A DNA stretch of 32,000 nt from Promethearchaeota archaeon (GCA_030606485.1 JAUWGH010000001.1:690001-722000), one strand, 5' to 3'; positions 1 to 10,024 are shown, counted from the stretch's first letter. Made by a program: numbers and translations. Notes: generated by a model from the sequence alone, not told the origin.

Positions 1-454
1 CAAGAATAGGGTCTGCAATAATTGCTATGCTAATAGCACCTCCAATAAAAATTAATATATTTATATTTTCAAAAAGATGAGATACTATTGCCGCTTCCTC
101 ACCGAATAGATTTAACATTATAAATAAAAGTGCATTGAAAATAATAATAAGAATTATTGCAATAATTTTATGTACTATATGAGGATCAATTCGATTAATT
201 GTAAAAATATTTTTAAGATTGATTGTTAATAAAACAGCAGAATATATTAGTGGAATTCCAATGATAATCAAAAAAATTAGAATATAATTTGCTTTGGATT
301 CTATGAAATCTCCAAGATATTCATTAAATTCTGGCCAAAGCGGTTCTATCGCAATAAGAATCATTTCAAAAATAAATAAACTAATAAAAGCAATTATGAA
401 TACTAGAAGCCATCTTTTACCTTGTTTTCTATAAATTGATTCATACCAACGCAT
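1..454 (-). CDS. Multi-pass membrane protein, N-terminal part only (runs off the left edge); function unknown
   Basis: Manual translation from ATG at 454: MRWYESIYRKQGKRWLLVFIIAFISLFIF...GGAISIAIIADPIL, open for 151 codons with about 4 hydrophobic segments; not in the ORF track. Confidence 0.75.
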   Translation of the reverse strand, partial: MRWYESIYRKQGKRWLLVFIIAFISLFIFEMILIAIEPLWPEFNEYLGDFIESKANYILIFLIIIGIPLIYSAVLLTINLKNIFTINRIDPHIVHKIIAIILIIIFNALLFIMLNLFGEEAAIVSHLFENINILIFIGGAISIAIIADPIL

Positions 455-490
455 AATAACTAAATATTTACATCAATAATTAATAAAAAT

Positions 491-2155
491 TTAGTTATGA
501 CTATTCGATTTTCTCATTTTTTTGTGTTTTAAAACTTGACCATTTAGAACGCCTAAATGTTCTCCTTTTGCAACAGTGATTTTACCGTTTACAATGACAT
601 AATCAATACCCTCCGGATATTGACGACCATTTTCATATGTCGAATTATCTCTAATTGTTTGAGGGTCAAAAATAACTAAATCGGCTTTATAATTTTGTTT
701 GATTATTCCTCTATCTCTAAGTCTTAAAATGCTTGCGGGTAAAGAAGTCATTTTTCGAATAGCTTCTTCTAAAGATACAATTTGCTTCTCTCTAACATAT
801 CTTGATAAAATTCTAGGAAAAGTACCATAAGAACGGGGATGAGTATTTCCCTCAATAACCAAAAATCCATCAGAGCCTACACAAACAAAATCTTGTTTAA
901 ATAATGATAAAATACTTTTCTCCTCACTCATCTGCCTTATGGAAATCATTATGGAGCCTTCTTCATCTCTAATGAAATCTAATACAGCATCGTAAAATGA
1001 TCTTTTTGGATAAAGATTTTTTAATGCCTCGCCTAAAAATTTTCCTTCAATATGATGGTTTTTTAAAACACTAATTATTCTTATGTCTTTCTTGAAAGAG
1101 GAAAAAATTAGTTGTTTCATTAAGAATTTTGGAATAATCCGAATAATGAAAGGAAGATCTGATAAAAAAGTCGAGAATATCAAATCTAGGATTTCTGTAA
1201 CAATTTTTTTCCTTGCTTCTGAATTGGTTAAATTTTGTTCAAAATCATCATAAACCCAAGGGTTAAGTAAAATGCCTGATAAGCTGGTTGACGATTCTTC
1301 ATATGGATATAAATCCGCATGAAGAAAAATTCCTTGCTCCTCCTTAACATTTTTAATTAGATTTATGATATCAGGAGTGTATTTCCAAGCAAATTTACTT
1401 ACAGTTTTTAAATGAGAAATATGGACGCGAACATTCGAATTTTTGGCAATCTCTATAACCTCTCTAATTCCTTGTTCTATTATCCTTGTTCCTTCATTTC
1501 TCATATGTGTATCATATAAACCTCCATAATTATTTACAACCTTACAAAGTTCAATAATTTCATATGTTGAAGTGATTGAACCCGGAGGATAAACCAATCC
1601 CGTAGATAAACCAAAGGCGCCTATTTCCATTTCCTTTTTTACTATTTCTTTCATTTCCTCAAGTTCTTCTGAGGTCGCTGAACGATCTTCCAATCCTAAA
1701 ATGCAAACTCTTACATTTCCATGAGGTATAAAAAAAACAAGATTCGTTGAAACGCCTTTTTTCTTGAGTGCTTCCATATAATCTTGAAGGGAATCATATA
1801 ATTGTGATACTGATGAACCAAAAGCCTTAGTTATAAAGTTAGAATAATATTTTCGAACTTTTTCATTTGCGGGTGCTCGCCCAATTCCACACATCCCTAC
1901 TACAAGTGTTGTAACACCCTGCATTATGGCGGCTTCTGCTTTATTTACTTCTAATATAGTTAAATCAGCATGAGAATGCATGTCAATAAATCCAGGTGCA
2001 ATTATTTTATTTGAAACATCAATTATATCATATCCATCTCCCTCCAAATTTGAACCAATCTTTAGAATTTTATTATCTTTTATTGCAATATCGGATTTAT
2101 ACCTTGAAGAACCAGTTCCGTCAATTATCCATCCATTTTTTAGTAGAATTGCCAT
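491..2155 (-). CDS. N-acyl-D-amino-acid deacylase (D-aminoacylase, amidohydrolase superfamily)
   Basis: GFIDMHSHAD metal motif, GMCG (GNCG-like), HMRNEG, HISHLK, HPRSYGTFPR, ADLVIFDP. Confidence 0.9.
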   Translation of the reverse strand: MAILLKNGWIIDGTGSSRYKSDIAIKDNKILKIGSNLEGDGYDIIDVSNKIIAPGFIDMHSHADLTILEVNKAEAAIMQGVTTLVVGMCGIGRAPANEKVRKYYSNFITKAFGSSVSQLYDSLQDYMEALKKKGVSTNLVFFIPHGNVRVCILGLEDRSATSEELEEMKEIVKKEMEIGAFGLSTGLVYPPGSITSTYEIIELCKVVNNYGGLYDTHMRNEGTRIIEQGIREVIEIAKNSNVRVHISHLKTVSKFAWKYTPDIINLIKNVKEEQGIFLHADLYPYEESSTSLSGILLNPWVYDDFEQNLTNSEARKKIVTEILDLIFSTFLSDLPFIIRIIPKFLMKQLIFSSFKKDIRIISVLKNHHIEGKFLGEALKNLYPKRSFYDAVLDFIRDEEGSIMISIRQMSEEKSILSLFKQDFVCVGSDGFLVIEGNTHPRSYGTFPRILSRYVREKQIVSLEEAIRKMTSLPASILRLRDRGIIKQNYKADLVIFDPQTIRDNSTYENGRQYPEGIDYVIVNGKITVAKGEHLGVLNGQVLKHKKMRKSNSHN

Positions 2156-2295
2156 TAATTCTTTACCTTAATATTATTATCATCAATAAAATCTGTTGAT
2201 TAAATTTTGAATTAATTAAACATTCTTAATTTTTATTAATTATTTTCGATATCTTAAGATTTTTTTAGGTAAGAATTAATATTTATGTTAGTAAA

Positions 2296-2994
2296 TTGAC
2301 GTTTGAAAAATATGAATCCCGTTTTGAAGCGGGAATTATTTTAACGAAATTCATAGAAAAGGTAAATCCAGAATTAAATAATTCAATTGGAGAAAATCCC
2401 AAGAATTATTTTTGCTTTTGTATTCCAAATGGCGGAGTTCCGGTTGCTGAAGGATTTTGTAGTGAATTCAATATATCATATGATTTATTAATTGTAAGAA
2501 AAGTTAAGATACCGTATAATCCAGAGGCAGGATTTGGTTCAGTTACAACAGATGGAACTGTTCTATTAAACGATTATCTGTTATCTCATGTAGGATTAAG
2601 TGAGGCAGAAATAAATAAATCAATAGAAATTACTAAACAAGAGATCCAAAATAGGTTAGATTTTTATAATATTTCTTTAGATTTAGAAAATAGATATTCT
2701 CATATTAAAAATAAAACACTTTTTGTTGTTGATGATGGATTAGCCTCCGGTTTTACAATGTTAGCCGCTGTAAAAATGCTGAAGAAGTATGACCCAGCGT
2801 CTATTTATGTGCCTGTGCCAACTGCATCTAAAAGTGCAGAAAAATTGCTAATAAATGAGGTTGATGGTTTATTTTGTCCTCACATACCTAATACATGGCA
2901 TTTTGCCGTTGCAAATGCATATAAATATTGGTATGATGTACCTGAGAAAGAAGTGAAAGAGATCCTTTCAAAATCTAGATTTTACTTTATATAA
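2296..2994 (+). CDS. Type I phosphoribosyltransferase family protein
   Basis: IPNGGVPVA, VRKVKIPYNPEAGFG and PRPP-binding VVDDGLASGFTM; TTG start. Confidence 0.85.
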   Translation: MTFEKYESRFEAGIILTKFIEKVNPELNNSIGENPKNYFCFCIPNGGVPVAEGFCSEFNISYDLLIVRKVKIPYNPEAGFGSVTTDGTVLLNDYLLSHVGLSEAEINKSIEITKQEIQNRLDFYNISLDLENRYSHIKNKTLFVVDDGLASGFTMLAAVKMLKKYDPASIYVPVPTASKSAEKLLINEVDGLFCPHIPNTWHFAVANAYKYWYDVPEKEVKEILSKSRFYFI

Positions 2995-3125
2995 AAAACT
3001 AAAAAATTAATAAAAATTTGGACTCTTAAACCTTTATATATGATCGATACTATGCTACTCATAGTATTGAAAGAATAATATAAAATAAATACTATAATAA
3101 AATAAAAAATAAAAAATACACAGAG

Positions 3126-3671
3126 ATGAGAAACATTATAAAACGAGTAAAAGAATTAGGGCCAACTGCCTTAATTGCATCTAAAGAATTCAGAAATTTC
3201 GTTGAAAAATTTGAATCTGAAATAAATCGTGGCATTAGTACATTATGCATATTATCCATTATTAATCAAGCAGGAGATGAAGGAATGTATGGTTACAAAA
3301 TTCTTAAAGAATTAGAAGAACAAACAAATAATATGTTAGTTATTGAGGAGGGTACCCTTTATCCTCTTCTACGAAAACTTGAACGAGATAAACTGATTAG
3401 ATCAGAACGGAGAGAATTTAGTGGAAGACCAAGAAAATATTATTTCATGACTGAAAATGGTCTTAAGATCTACAATCATATTAATGGCTTTTTCACCAAA
3501 CTAACTGAATCTATTTCACCATTGATGGATATGAATGTTAATTTAAAAGAGGATTATATTTATTGCCCAAATTGTGCGAATAAAATTGATATTTCTAAAG
3601 AAGATTTGTATTTTTGCGAGATCTGTGGTTTAAATATCCAAGATTTAAAAGAAAGGAGGTTAAAAAAATGA
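3126..3671 (+). CDS. PadR-family transcriptional regulator with C-terminal zinc ribbon
   Basis: MYGYKILKEL...EEGTLYPLLRKLE...GRPRKYYFMTENG PadR signature; CPNC-x12-CEIC at the C-terminus. Confidence 0.88.
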   Translation: MRNIIKRVKELGPTALIASKEFRNFVEKFESEINRGISTLCILSIINQAGDEGMYGYKILKELEEQTNNMLVIEEGTLYPLLRKLERDKLIRSERREFSGRPRKYYFMTENGLKIYNHINGFFTKLTESISPLMDMNVNLKEDYIYCPNCANKIDISKEDLYFCEICGLNIQDLKERRLKK

Positions 3672-4720
3672 GTCAAGATATGGAAGCAATGGTAAAAAAA
3701 TACTTAAAAAATGTGAAGGAAAAATTACCTGAATGGTTAAAAGACAAAAAGAAGGAAGTCAAAGATATTTTGGCTGAGCTTGAGGGACATATTTGGGAAA
3801 AAGCTGAAGAATTATCAGATATTAATCAACCTACTGAGGATTCGGTACGATTAGCAATAGCCCATATGGGAACACCAGAAAGTATAGCAAGGGAGTACAA
3901 ACGTCGAGGAACACCTAAATATTACATAACAGAGGAACTTTGGCCACTTTATACGAAAATTTTGAAAATAATACTTGTGGTAATAATTGCAATTGCTATT
4001 TTTTCTACAGTATTAAATGTAATGACAGGTAACTTAGAAGAGGCTTTAAGTTTTTTCGGTTATTTCAATTATTTCATGGGATTTTTTTCAGCATTTACAA
4101 TAGTGTCAATAATTTTTGTTGTTTTATCAATGGAAGGTTATTTTCCTGAAGATTTCAAATCAGAAAGAGAACTTAAGAAGGAGGCTCGTCGGCTTGAAAT
4201 CGCTCGAGAAAAGGGATTACCTATAGCTCCCAGGACTGGGAAACCTTTAAAACCTTTTATAAGTCCCATTGGTGAAATTATTGGAGGAATCATTGTGGTT
4301 AGTATTGGTATATTTCTTATAACACTTCCTATTCCAGGTTTATTTAATTTAATGAATCCGGAATTTCTATTAATACTTCGTATTTTTGGAATGTTTACAT
4401 TAATAGAAGGAGTATTGGATACAACTCGTGGTGTTATTGGAAATTATCAAGTAAAGACCCATCAGGTAATTCATATAATAACGATTGGAGTAAAATTAGC
4501 TGTAGTACCATTAGCTGTTATTCTTTGGAGTCGCCCTGATATAATACCTTTTCTAAATTGGGATGATTCAACAAATACTTTGATTTATATAGGAGTATCA
4601 CCAGAATTCTATGATTTTTGTAGAAATATAATGGCTGTAATAATAGTAATAACAATACTTGTTCCAATAGAAGACATATACAAAATCATAAAGTTGGAAA
4701 AATATAAAGTAAAAAATTAA
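3668..4720 (+). CDS. Membrane protein with N-terminal HAAS-like helical domain (PadR partner)
   Basis: Probable true start ATG 3668 overlapping the PadR TGA (ATGA overlap). YLKNVKEKLP...ILAELEGHIWE...AIAHMGTPESIAREY is the HAAS-type pattern, followed by about 6 TM segments. Confidence 0.75.
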   Translation: MSQDMEAMVKKYLKNVKEKLPEWLKDKKKEVKDILAELEGHIWEKAEELSDINQPTEDSVRLAIAHMGTPESIAREYKRRGTPKYYITEELWPLYTKILKIILVVIIAIAIFSTVLNVMTGNLEEALSFFGYFNYFMGFFSAFTIVSIIFVVLSMEGYFPEDFKSERELKKEARRLEIAREKGLPIAPRTGKPLKPFISPIGEIIGGIIVVSIGIFLITLPIPGLFNLMNPEFLLILRIFGMFTLIEGVLDTTRGVIGNYQVKTHQVIHIITIGVKLAVVPLAVILWSRPDIIPFLNWDDSTNTLIYIGVSPEFYDFCRNIMAVIIVITILVPIEDIYKIIKLEKYKVKN

Positions 4721-4727
4721 AAATCTA

Positions 4728-4745
4728 TTTTTTTTTTTCTTTTTT
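4728..4745 (+). terminator. Oligo-T terminator between convergent genes
   Basis: T11-C-T6 starting 7 nt after the TAA at 4720. Confidence 0.6.
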
Positions 4746-4747
4746 AA

Positions 4748-7279
4748 TTAAAGTTTTAATTCTGCTTTAATGTAATTCTCATTTTTCTCTTGAATGGTTA
4801 CATTTTTATCATTTATGAGAATTGATGTAATTTCTAATATAGTTGGTATAAAAACCAGAATTTTAGAAACTTTTTTGCTAATTTCTATCTTAATTGATTT
4901 GTCCTTCAGTTCTGCTTTAATATTAATGATTTCTTCATCATCTATGATAGTATATTCAATTTTGTCTGTTTCATTTCGAGGCGTTATATATAAGGTTAAA
5001 GTATCCAAAGGTTTTTCTTCAACATATTGTATCACCGGTCCAAGTGGTAGGATCGTCCCCCCTTTAATAAAGAACGGAACCTTACTAATATCACAAACAT
5101 AGTCAATCCATTTGGGACCACAATATCTCTCTAAAGACCAATAATCATACCATTCTCCAGCGGGAATGTAGATTTTTCTTGAACTTTTTTTGGTTAAAAT
5201 GGGTGCAATGAGTAAATTTCTCCCAAAGAGAAATTCATCTTCAATGTTATATGTGGTGGGATCTTTATCAAATTCAAGTATTAAAGGATATAACATAGGA
5301 AAACCGTGCTCAGATATATAATGGGCTTCTGTGTAAATATAAGGCAATAATTGATATCTTAAATTCAACATATCTCGTGTTATTTTTTGAGCTTCTTTTG
5401 AATAATTCCATGGTTCTCGATAGCGAGGAGGGTTCCCATGGAATCTTATATGTGAATTGAAAATGCTAAATTGAGTCCATCGAATGTAGGCTTCGTCTGT
5501 AGGACTTATAATAAAACCCCCTACATCTTGGCTCCAGTAAGAAAAGCCTGAAAGACCAAGACTTAAGCCACCACGTAAAATACTTAACATACCTTCAATA
5601 GCACTTGAAGAATCTCCCGACCAATGTACTGGGTATCGTTGGGAGCCAGCATATCCGCTTCTCGCCCAAATAATGCCTTTACCATAAAATTCTTTAGTTG
5701 CTTCAAATGCTGCCTTTTGATACAATAATGGAAACAAATTATGCATCTCCCTACCATTATATTTTGAAAATTCTTGATGTGGCTCAATTATCTCACCAAA
5801 ATCAGTTTTAATAACGGCCGCTCCTAACTCAAAGAGATTTTTAAGTTTGTTTTGATACCATTTGATTAGATCAGGGTTTGAGAAATCTAATACAGCAGCT
5901 GGTTGGAGAAGAAAAGAAAAGGCACCATGATTTTTTGCTAAAATACCTAGCTTTTTTGCTTCTTTATATTGATACTTGGGGGATTTAAAAATATATGGGG
6001 TTTGCCATAAGGATGTTTTAAAACCCATTTCTTTTAGGTTATCCATCATTGCTTTTGGATCAGGAAATCTTTCATTATCAAAATTCCAATCACATTCCCA
6101 ATCCCCCTTAAACCACCCTGTATCTATATGTATAACATCACATGGATATTTCATTTCTCGTAATTTTTTTGCTATTTCAAGAACTTCATCTTGTTTACGG
6201 TAACTTATTCTTGACATCCACATACCAAACGACCATTTTGGAGGTACTTCTGCCTTACCTGTTAAGTCAGTATATTTCCCAAGAATTGTTTTTAGTGAAG
6301 GACCATAAAAGAAAAAATAATCAATTAAGCTCCCCTCTATTCCCATCATTATTTTACAGGTTTCACGAGTTCCAACCCAAAATGTGATTGGTTTGCTCTC
6401 ATTTATATATACTCCATAGCCACGAGTACTCATGAAAAAAGGAATATTCTTATATGTCCTCCCCGATGAATTACCCATGCCATCCGCATGCCATAGAGTA
6501 AAAGTTTGTCCCATCTTATTAAGTGGCCCAAATCTCTCCCCAAAACCATATATTGCCTCCCCAGGATAAGTTACAAATGTTTCTATTCCATACATTCTCT
6601 TTTTCTTCTTAAAATAAACAAAACCTAAAGGATATGAATCAACTGTTCCGATAAATTCATTCTTTGAGGAACCACTCGATTCTGTAATTATATTTCCTGT
6701 TATATCAAGAATTTCTATCCGAAAAAAGGCTTTAAAAATTTTTAAAGATAATAATTCAGTCTTGATTAGATAATATTCTTCTTTATCTTCTAATTCGGTT
6801 TTCAAATTGAGATCAGTAATATCCTGATAGATCATTGGAGTTGAATGTTCTGGAATTACATCTCCTTTAATACATCGAACTCGATAAATACCATCTTGAA
6901 TAAAGTCAATTTCCAATGTAAGTATTGTTGGTTTGCTACCTAATTTTGGAACTTCATATTCTTCTAAGAAATCTTCTGGAATTTCTTTTCGTATATATAT
7001 ATTATAAGCTTTACAAGAAAAAATGAAATTGTTTCCCCGTTGTTCCTTTAACTCAACTTCTTTAATACTATATGCTTTTTTATTTAATAATTTCTTGAAA
7101 AAAGTAAAAACATCAAACGGCGGATCTGCAAAATAGTCGAGAGGATGATCTGAAAGCCCCAGATTTAGAGCTGGTTCCGAATAAAAGCTATACCTTTTTC
7201 TTTTAAAAGAAAACGGATGTTTCAATCGTTCTTTAAGATAAAAAAGAAAGAGTTTTAAAATATTAATTTGTAATGCCAA
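4748..7279 (-). CDS. Glycoside hydrolase family 31 (alpha-xylosidase/alpha-glucosidase-like)
   Basis: IHIDTGWF, KTDFGE nucleophile motif, HWSGD, WSQDVGGF, RWTQFSIFNSHIRFHG, YLILEF/DEFLFG-type C-terminal region; TTG start. Confidence 0.9.
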   Translation of the reverse strand: MALQINILKLFLFYLKERLKHPFSFKRKRYSFYSEPALNLGLSDHPLDYFADPPFDVFTFFKKLLNKKAYSIKEVELKEQRGNNFIFSCKAYNIYIRKEIPEDFLEEYEVPKLGSKPTILTLEIDFIQDGIYRVRCIKGDVIPEHSTPMIYQDITDLNLKTELEDKEEYYLIKTELLSLKIFKAFFRIEILDITGNIITESSGSSKNEFIGTVDSYPLGFVYFKKKKRMYGIETFVTYPGEAIYGFGERFGPLNKMGQTFTLWHADGMGNSSGRTYKNIPFFMSTRGYGVYINESKPITFWVGTRETCKIMMGIEGSLIDYFFFYGPSLKTILGKYTDLTGKAEVPPKWSFGMWMSRISYRKQDEVLEIAKKLREMKYPCDVIHIDTGWFKGDWECDWNFDNERFPDPKAMMDNLKEMGFKTSLWQTPYIFKSPKYQYKEAKKLGILAKNHGAFSFLLQPAAVLDFSNPDLIKWYQNKLKNLFELGAAVIKTDFGEIIEPHQEFSKYNGREMHNLFPLLYQKAAFEATKEFYGKGIIWARSGYAGSQRYPVHWSGDSSSAIEGMLSILRGGLSLGLSGFSYWSQDVGGFIISPTDEAYIRWTQFSIFNSHIRFHGNPPRYREPWNYSKEAQKITRDMLNLRYQLLPYIYTEAHYISEHGFPMLYPLILEFDKDPTTYNIEDEFLFGRNLLIAPILTKKSSRKIYIPAGEWYDYWSLERYCGPKWIDYVCDISKVPFFIKGGTILPLGPVIQYVEEKPLDTLTLYITPRNETDKIEYTIIDDEEIINIKAELKDKSIKIEISKKVSKILVFIPTILEITSILINDKNVTIQEKNENYIKAELKL

Positions 7280-7324
7280 TTTCTTTTACCCCAATTATTT
7301 TATTGAATTCATCTATTCTTTACT
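7256..7324. repeat. 69-bp direct repeat, copy 1 (first 8 codons of the GH31 gene plus 45 nt upstream)
   Basis: 65/69 identical to 8754-8822, no gaps. Confidence 0.95.
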
Positions 7325-7442
7325 ATCAACTATTATGTTTTTTTAAGATTAATTAATAACCCCTTTTCAATTTTTTTAGAAAAAAGAATAACTCAGTATA
7401 GAACGGTTTAATTAGAATAATTAAATGGAGAAAAGAGTTTCC

Positions 7443-7456
7443 CTTTACGGGTAAAG
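7443..7456. promoter_or_regulatory. Palindromic candidate operator CTTTAC-GG-GTAAAG
   Basis: Perfect 6-bp arms; near-identical copy at 8055-8068 upstream of the adjacent HTH regulator. Confidence 0.6.
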
Positions 7457-7505
7457 TAATAATTATATTACTTAATTATCCATACTAATTAACTATACAT
7501 TTTAA

Positions 7506-8033
7506 TTGACTATAGATGTGATCCTTATGGCTCCTATATCTGCTATAATTGCTCCAGTGATGATTAACTTCCTCCACAATATATTTACTGTTTTGTGGAT
7601 TGGGGGTATGTTGACGCTTGCATTTACCGTTTTACCTGCAATCAGGAAAGTTCTTGGTAAATCCAAAGAAACTCAAGCATTGAATTCTTTGATAAAGAAA
7701 AAACTTAGTGTGTTAACCTACATCAGTATAGTTGGATTGATAATTACCGGGTTACTTATGTCTAATAAAGCCGTATTATCTGGGTTATCCACGGGCTTCT
7801 TAAGCTTTGGAAATGAATACTCGACCCTTATGAGTATCAAACATTTGTTATACTTCGTGATGATATTCTTAAGTTTGTTCCGCAGTCAGTTTGTGGATAA
7901 AGTTAAGAAATTTGCTCCAGAACAGAAACAGAAGCTTAATATGCTCACTCTAATGCTGAATATTCTTGCGGGATTAGCGGTTCTGTTCCTCAGTTCATAT
8001 GTTAGCGTACTTGCAGCATTACCAACACCTTAA
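7506..8033 (+). CDS. CopD/DUF4149-like four-TM membrane protein
   Basis: FLHNIFTVLWIGG, IITGLLM, LMSIKHLL pattern; real start may be ATG 7527 (preceded by GATGTGAT). Confidence 0.65.
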   Translation: MTIDVILMAPISAIIAPVMINFLHNIFTVLWIGGMLTLAFTVLPAIRKVLGKSKETQALNSLIKKKLSVLTYISIVGLIITGLLMSNKAVLSGLSTGFLSFGNEYSTLMSIKHLLYFVMIFLSLFRSQFVDKVKKFAPEQKQKLNMLTLMLNILAGLAVLFLSSYVSVLAALPTP

Positions 8034-8036
8034 AAA

Positions 8037-8052
8037 TTTTTTTTTATTTTTT
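8037..8052 (+). terminator. Oligo-T terminator
   Basis: T9-A-T6 just after TAA 8033. Confidence 0.55.
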
Positions 8053-8054
8053 CA

Positions 8055-8068
8055 CTTTACGGGTAAGG
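8055..8068. promoter_or_regulatory. Second copy of candidate operator (CTTTACGGGTAAGG)
   Basis: 13/14 identical to 7443-7456; 29 nt upstream of ATG 8098. Confidence 0.6.
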
Positions 8069-8097
8069 TTTTTCTAAAAAGATAATTTTCTTTTATT

Positions 8098-8739
8098 ATG
8101 CCTCAAGATATTGTTCAAATTAGGCTTGAAATAGACATCCCTCATGATAAATGGCTATTTAAATTTGTCGAAAAATATCCCGAATTAAATTTTTATATCC
8201 TATCTAAGTTTCTTATAGAGGATAATGCTGGGATAACTTTATTCCAAATAAGGGGGCTATCTGTTAAACAATTTATTTCAGATTTTAAGGAACAATTAAC
8301 TAAGAATTCTTCCCAAATCTTATTTGAAGGAAATGATCTTGTAATTATGAATATTAGAGTGATTGATCCATGGATTTTAAACACATTGATAAAAACTGAG
8401 CTTTTAATATTATATCCAATACTAGTAAAAGAAGGTAAAATAAGAATAGAAACTATTACTAATCGTTCTAAAGTTGATGATTTCTTAACAGAATTAGAAA
8501 AAAAAGGCATAAAAGCATCCATAGGAAGAATAGGATACAGCTTTAAATCTACTTTACTCACCCAAAGACAAAATGAAATATTAAATATTGCTTATAAAAA
8601 CGGATATTTTGACATTCCAAGAAAAATTTCATTAAGCGAATTTGCTAATAATCTAAATATATCTAAATCTGCTCTTTCTGAAACTTTGAGACGAATTTTT
8701 AAAAGACTTTCTAATAATTATCTTAAATCTAACAATTGA
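8098..8739 (+). CDS. HTH_10 / bacterio-opsin-activator-type transcriptional regulator
   Basis: C-terminal LTQRQNEILNIAYKNGYFDIPRKISLSEFANNLNISKSALSETLRR signature of this archaeal family. Confidence 0.88.
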   Translation: MPQDIVQIRLEIDIPHDKWLFKFVEKYPELNFYILSKFLIEDNAGITLFQIRGLSVKQFISDFKEQLTKNSSQILFEGNDLVIMNIRVIDPWILNTLIKTELLILYPILVKEGKIRIETITNRSKVDDFLTELEKKGIKASIGRIGYSFKSTLLTQRQNEILNIAYKNGYFDIPRKISLSEFANNLNISKSALSETLRRIFKRLSNNYLKSNN

Positions 8740-8753
8740 ACCACAATACAATA

Positions 8754-8822
8754 TAAAATATTAATTTGTAATGCCAATTTCTTTTACCTTAATTATTTTA
8801 TTGAATTCAATTATTCTTTACT
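8754..8822. repeat. 69-bp direct repeat, copy 2 (orphan GH31 5' end)
   Basis: 65/69 identical to 7256-7324. Confidence 0.95.
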
Positions 8823-8897
8823 TAATTATAAATATTACATTTAAATTTAGTAGAAATTGTAATTATAATAAGAAAGATTTGATTATTAAAATGTATT

Positions 8898-9860
8898 ATG
8901 ATGATTCAGACTAATCAAGAGATACAAGAGAGCCAAAAGTTAATATTAAATCTTAAAAAAGAGAAAGATGTTACAATTCTTGCTCATTATTATCAAACCT
9001 TGGAAATTCAAGAGATCGCAGATTATGTAGGAGATTCTTTGGGACTTTCAAAAATTGCCCGAGATCATACCAATACAAAGAATATCATTTTTGCTGGAGT
9101 TCTTTTTATGGCAGAAACGGCTTCCATTTTAAATCCCGCAAAAAGAGTGCTAATGCCAGATAAACAAGCCGGTTGTCCTTTAGCATCATTTCTTGATGGA
9201 AATACAGTGAATACGTATAAGGAAAAATATCCAGGGGTGCCAACAGTTGTTTATATTAATTCTACGGCTGAAACAAAAGCAGAAACCGATGTTGTATGTA
9301 CATCTTCAAATGCAATTAAGGTAGTACAGGGAATACAAAATGAATTTAAATCTAATAAAGTTTTATTTGGACCAGATGAGAATCTTGCTGATTATGTGAA
9401 ACAAAAAACAAGGATAAATATCATCAATTTGCCAGATGAAGGATTTTGCTATGTTCATAATGTCATTAAAGATTTGGATGTTATTAAAGTTAAAAATGAA
9501 CATCCAAATGCATTAATCACGGTACATCCAGAATGTAAAAGGGAGGTAAGAGAGCTTTCTGATCATATAGGTTCCACTAAGGGAATGTATGATTACGTTA
9601 AAAAAAATGCTTCAAAGAAAAATGAATTTATAATTGGTACTGAGCTTGGATTCGTCCAACGAGTTCAAAAAGATTTTCCAAATAATAAAATTTATCCCAT
9701 AAACGAAAATTTTATTTGTAGAAATATGAAACTTTCTACTTTAGAAAAAATATTTAATTTGCTAAATAATTTGAATAATGATAAATATAAAGTCACAGTA
9801 CCAGATAATATTGCAAATAAAGCAAGAATCAGTCTTGAAAAAATGTTAAAATATTCCTAA
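8898..9860 (+). CDS. nadA: Quinolinate synthase A
   Basis: ILAHYYQ, DYVGDSLGLS, GVLFMAET, AGCPLA, VVYINST, VVCTSSNA, GPDENL, CYVH, HPEC, IGTE. Confidence 0.95.
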   Translation: MMIQTNQEIQESQKLILNLKKEKDVTILAHYYQTLEIQEIADYVGDSLGLSKIARDHTNTKNIIFAGVLFMAETASILNPAKRVLMPDKQAGCPLASFLDGNTVNTYKEKYPGVPTVVYINSTAETKAETDVVCTSSNAIKVVQGIQNEFKSNKVLFGPDENLADYVKQKTRINIINLPDEGFCYVHNVIKDLDVIKVKNEHPNALITVHPECKREVRELSDHIGSTKGMYDYVKKNASKKNEFIIGTELGFVQRVQKDFPNNKIYPINENFICRNMKLSTLEKIFNLLNNLNNDKYKVTVPDNIANKARISLEKMLKYS

Positions 9861-10024
9861 ATTTCTACTTGATTAATCTGGAAAATTTAAATTAATAAAT
9901 TATTAAATAAAATATAGCAAAAATATTTTAAACAAAATTTAGATATTAGAATTATAAAAATATTGAAATAAAAATCAAATTAATAATAATATAAATCTAA
10001 AAATCACTTAAAACTTAATCGAGG

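Noticed and set aside
1080-1200. Hydrophobic insert (FLSDLPFIIRIIPKFLMKQLIF) in the D-aminoacylase
   Set aside because: It appears to lie in a variable region of the family; no function can be supported without alignment
2156-2280. Inverted TAATTCTT(T)ACCT(T)AA motif in the deacylase/PRTase divergent region, also resembling the GH31 leader
   Set aside because: Best explained as AGGT-type ribosome-binding leaders on opposite strands
3614-3667. ORF-track N-terminal extension of the HAAS membrane protein
   Set aside because: It overlaps the PadR C-terminus; the ATGA-coupled start at 3668 is more parsimonious
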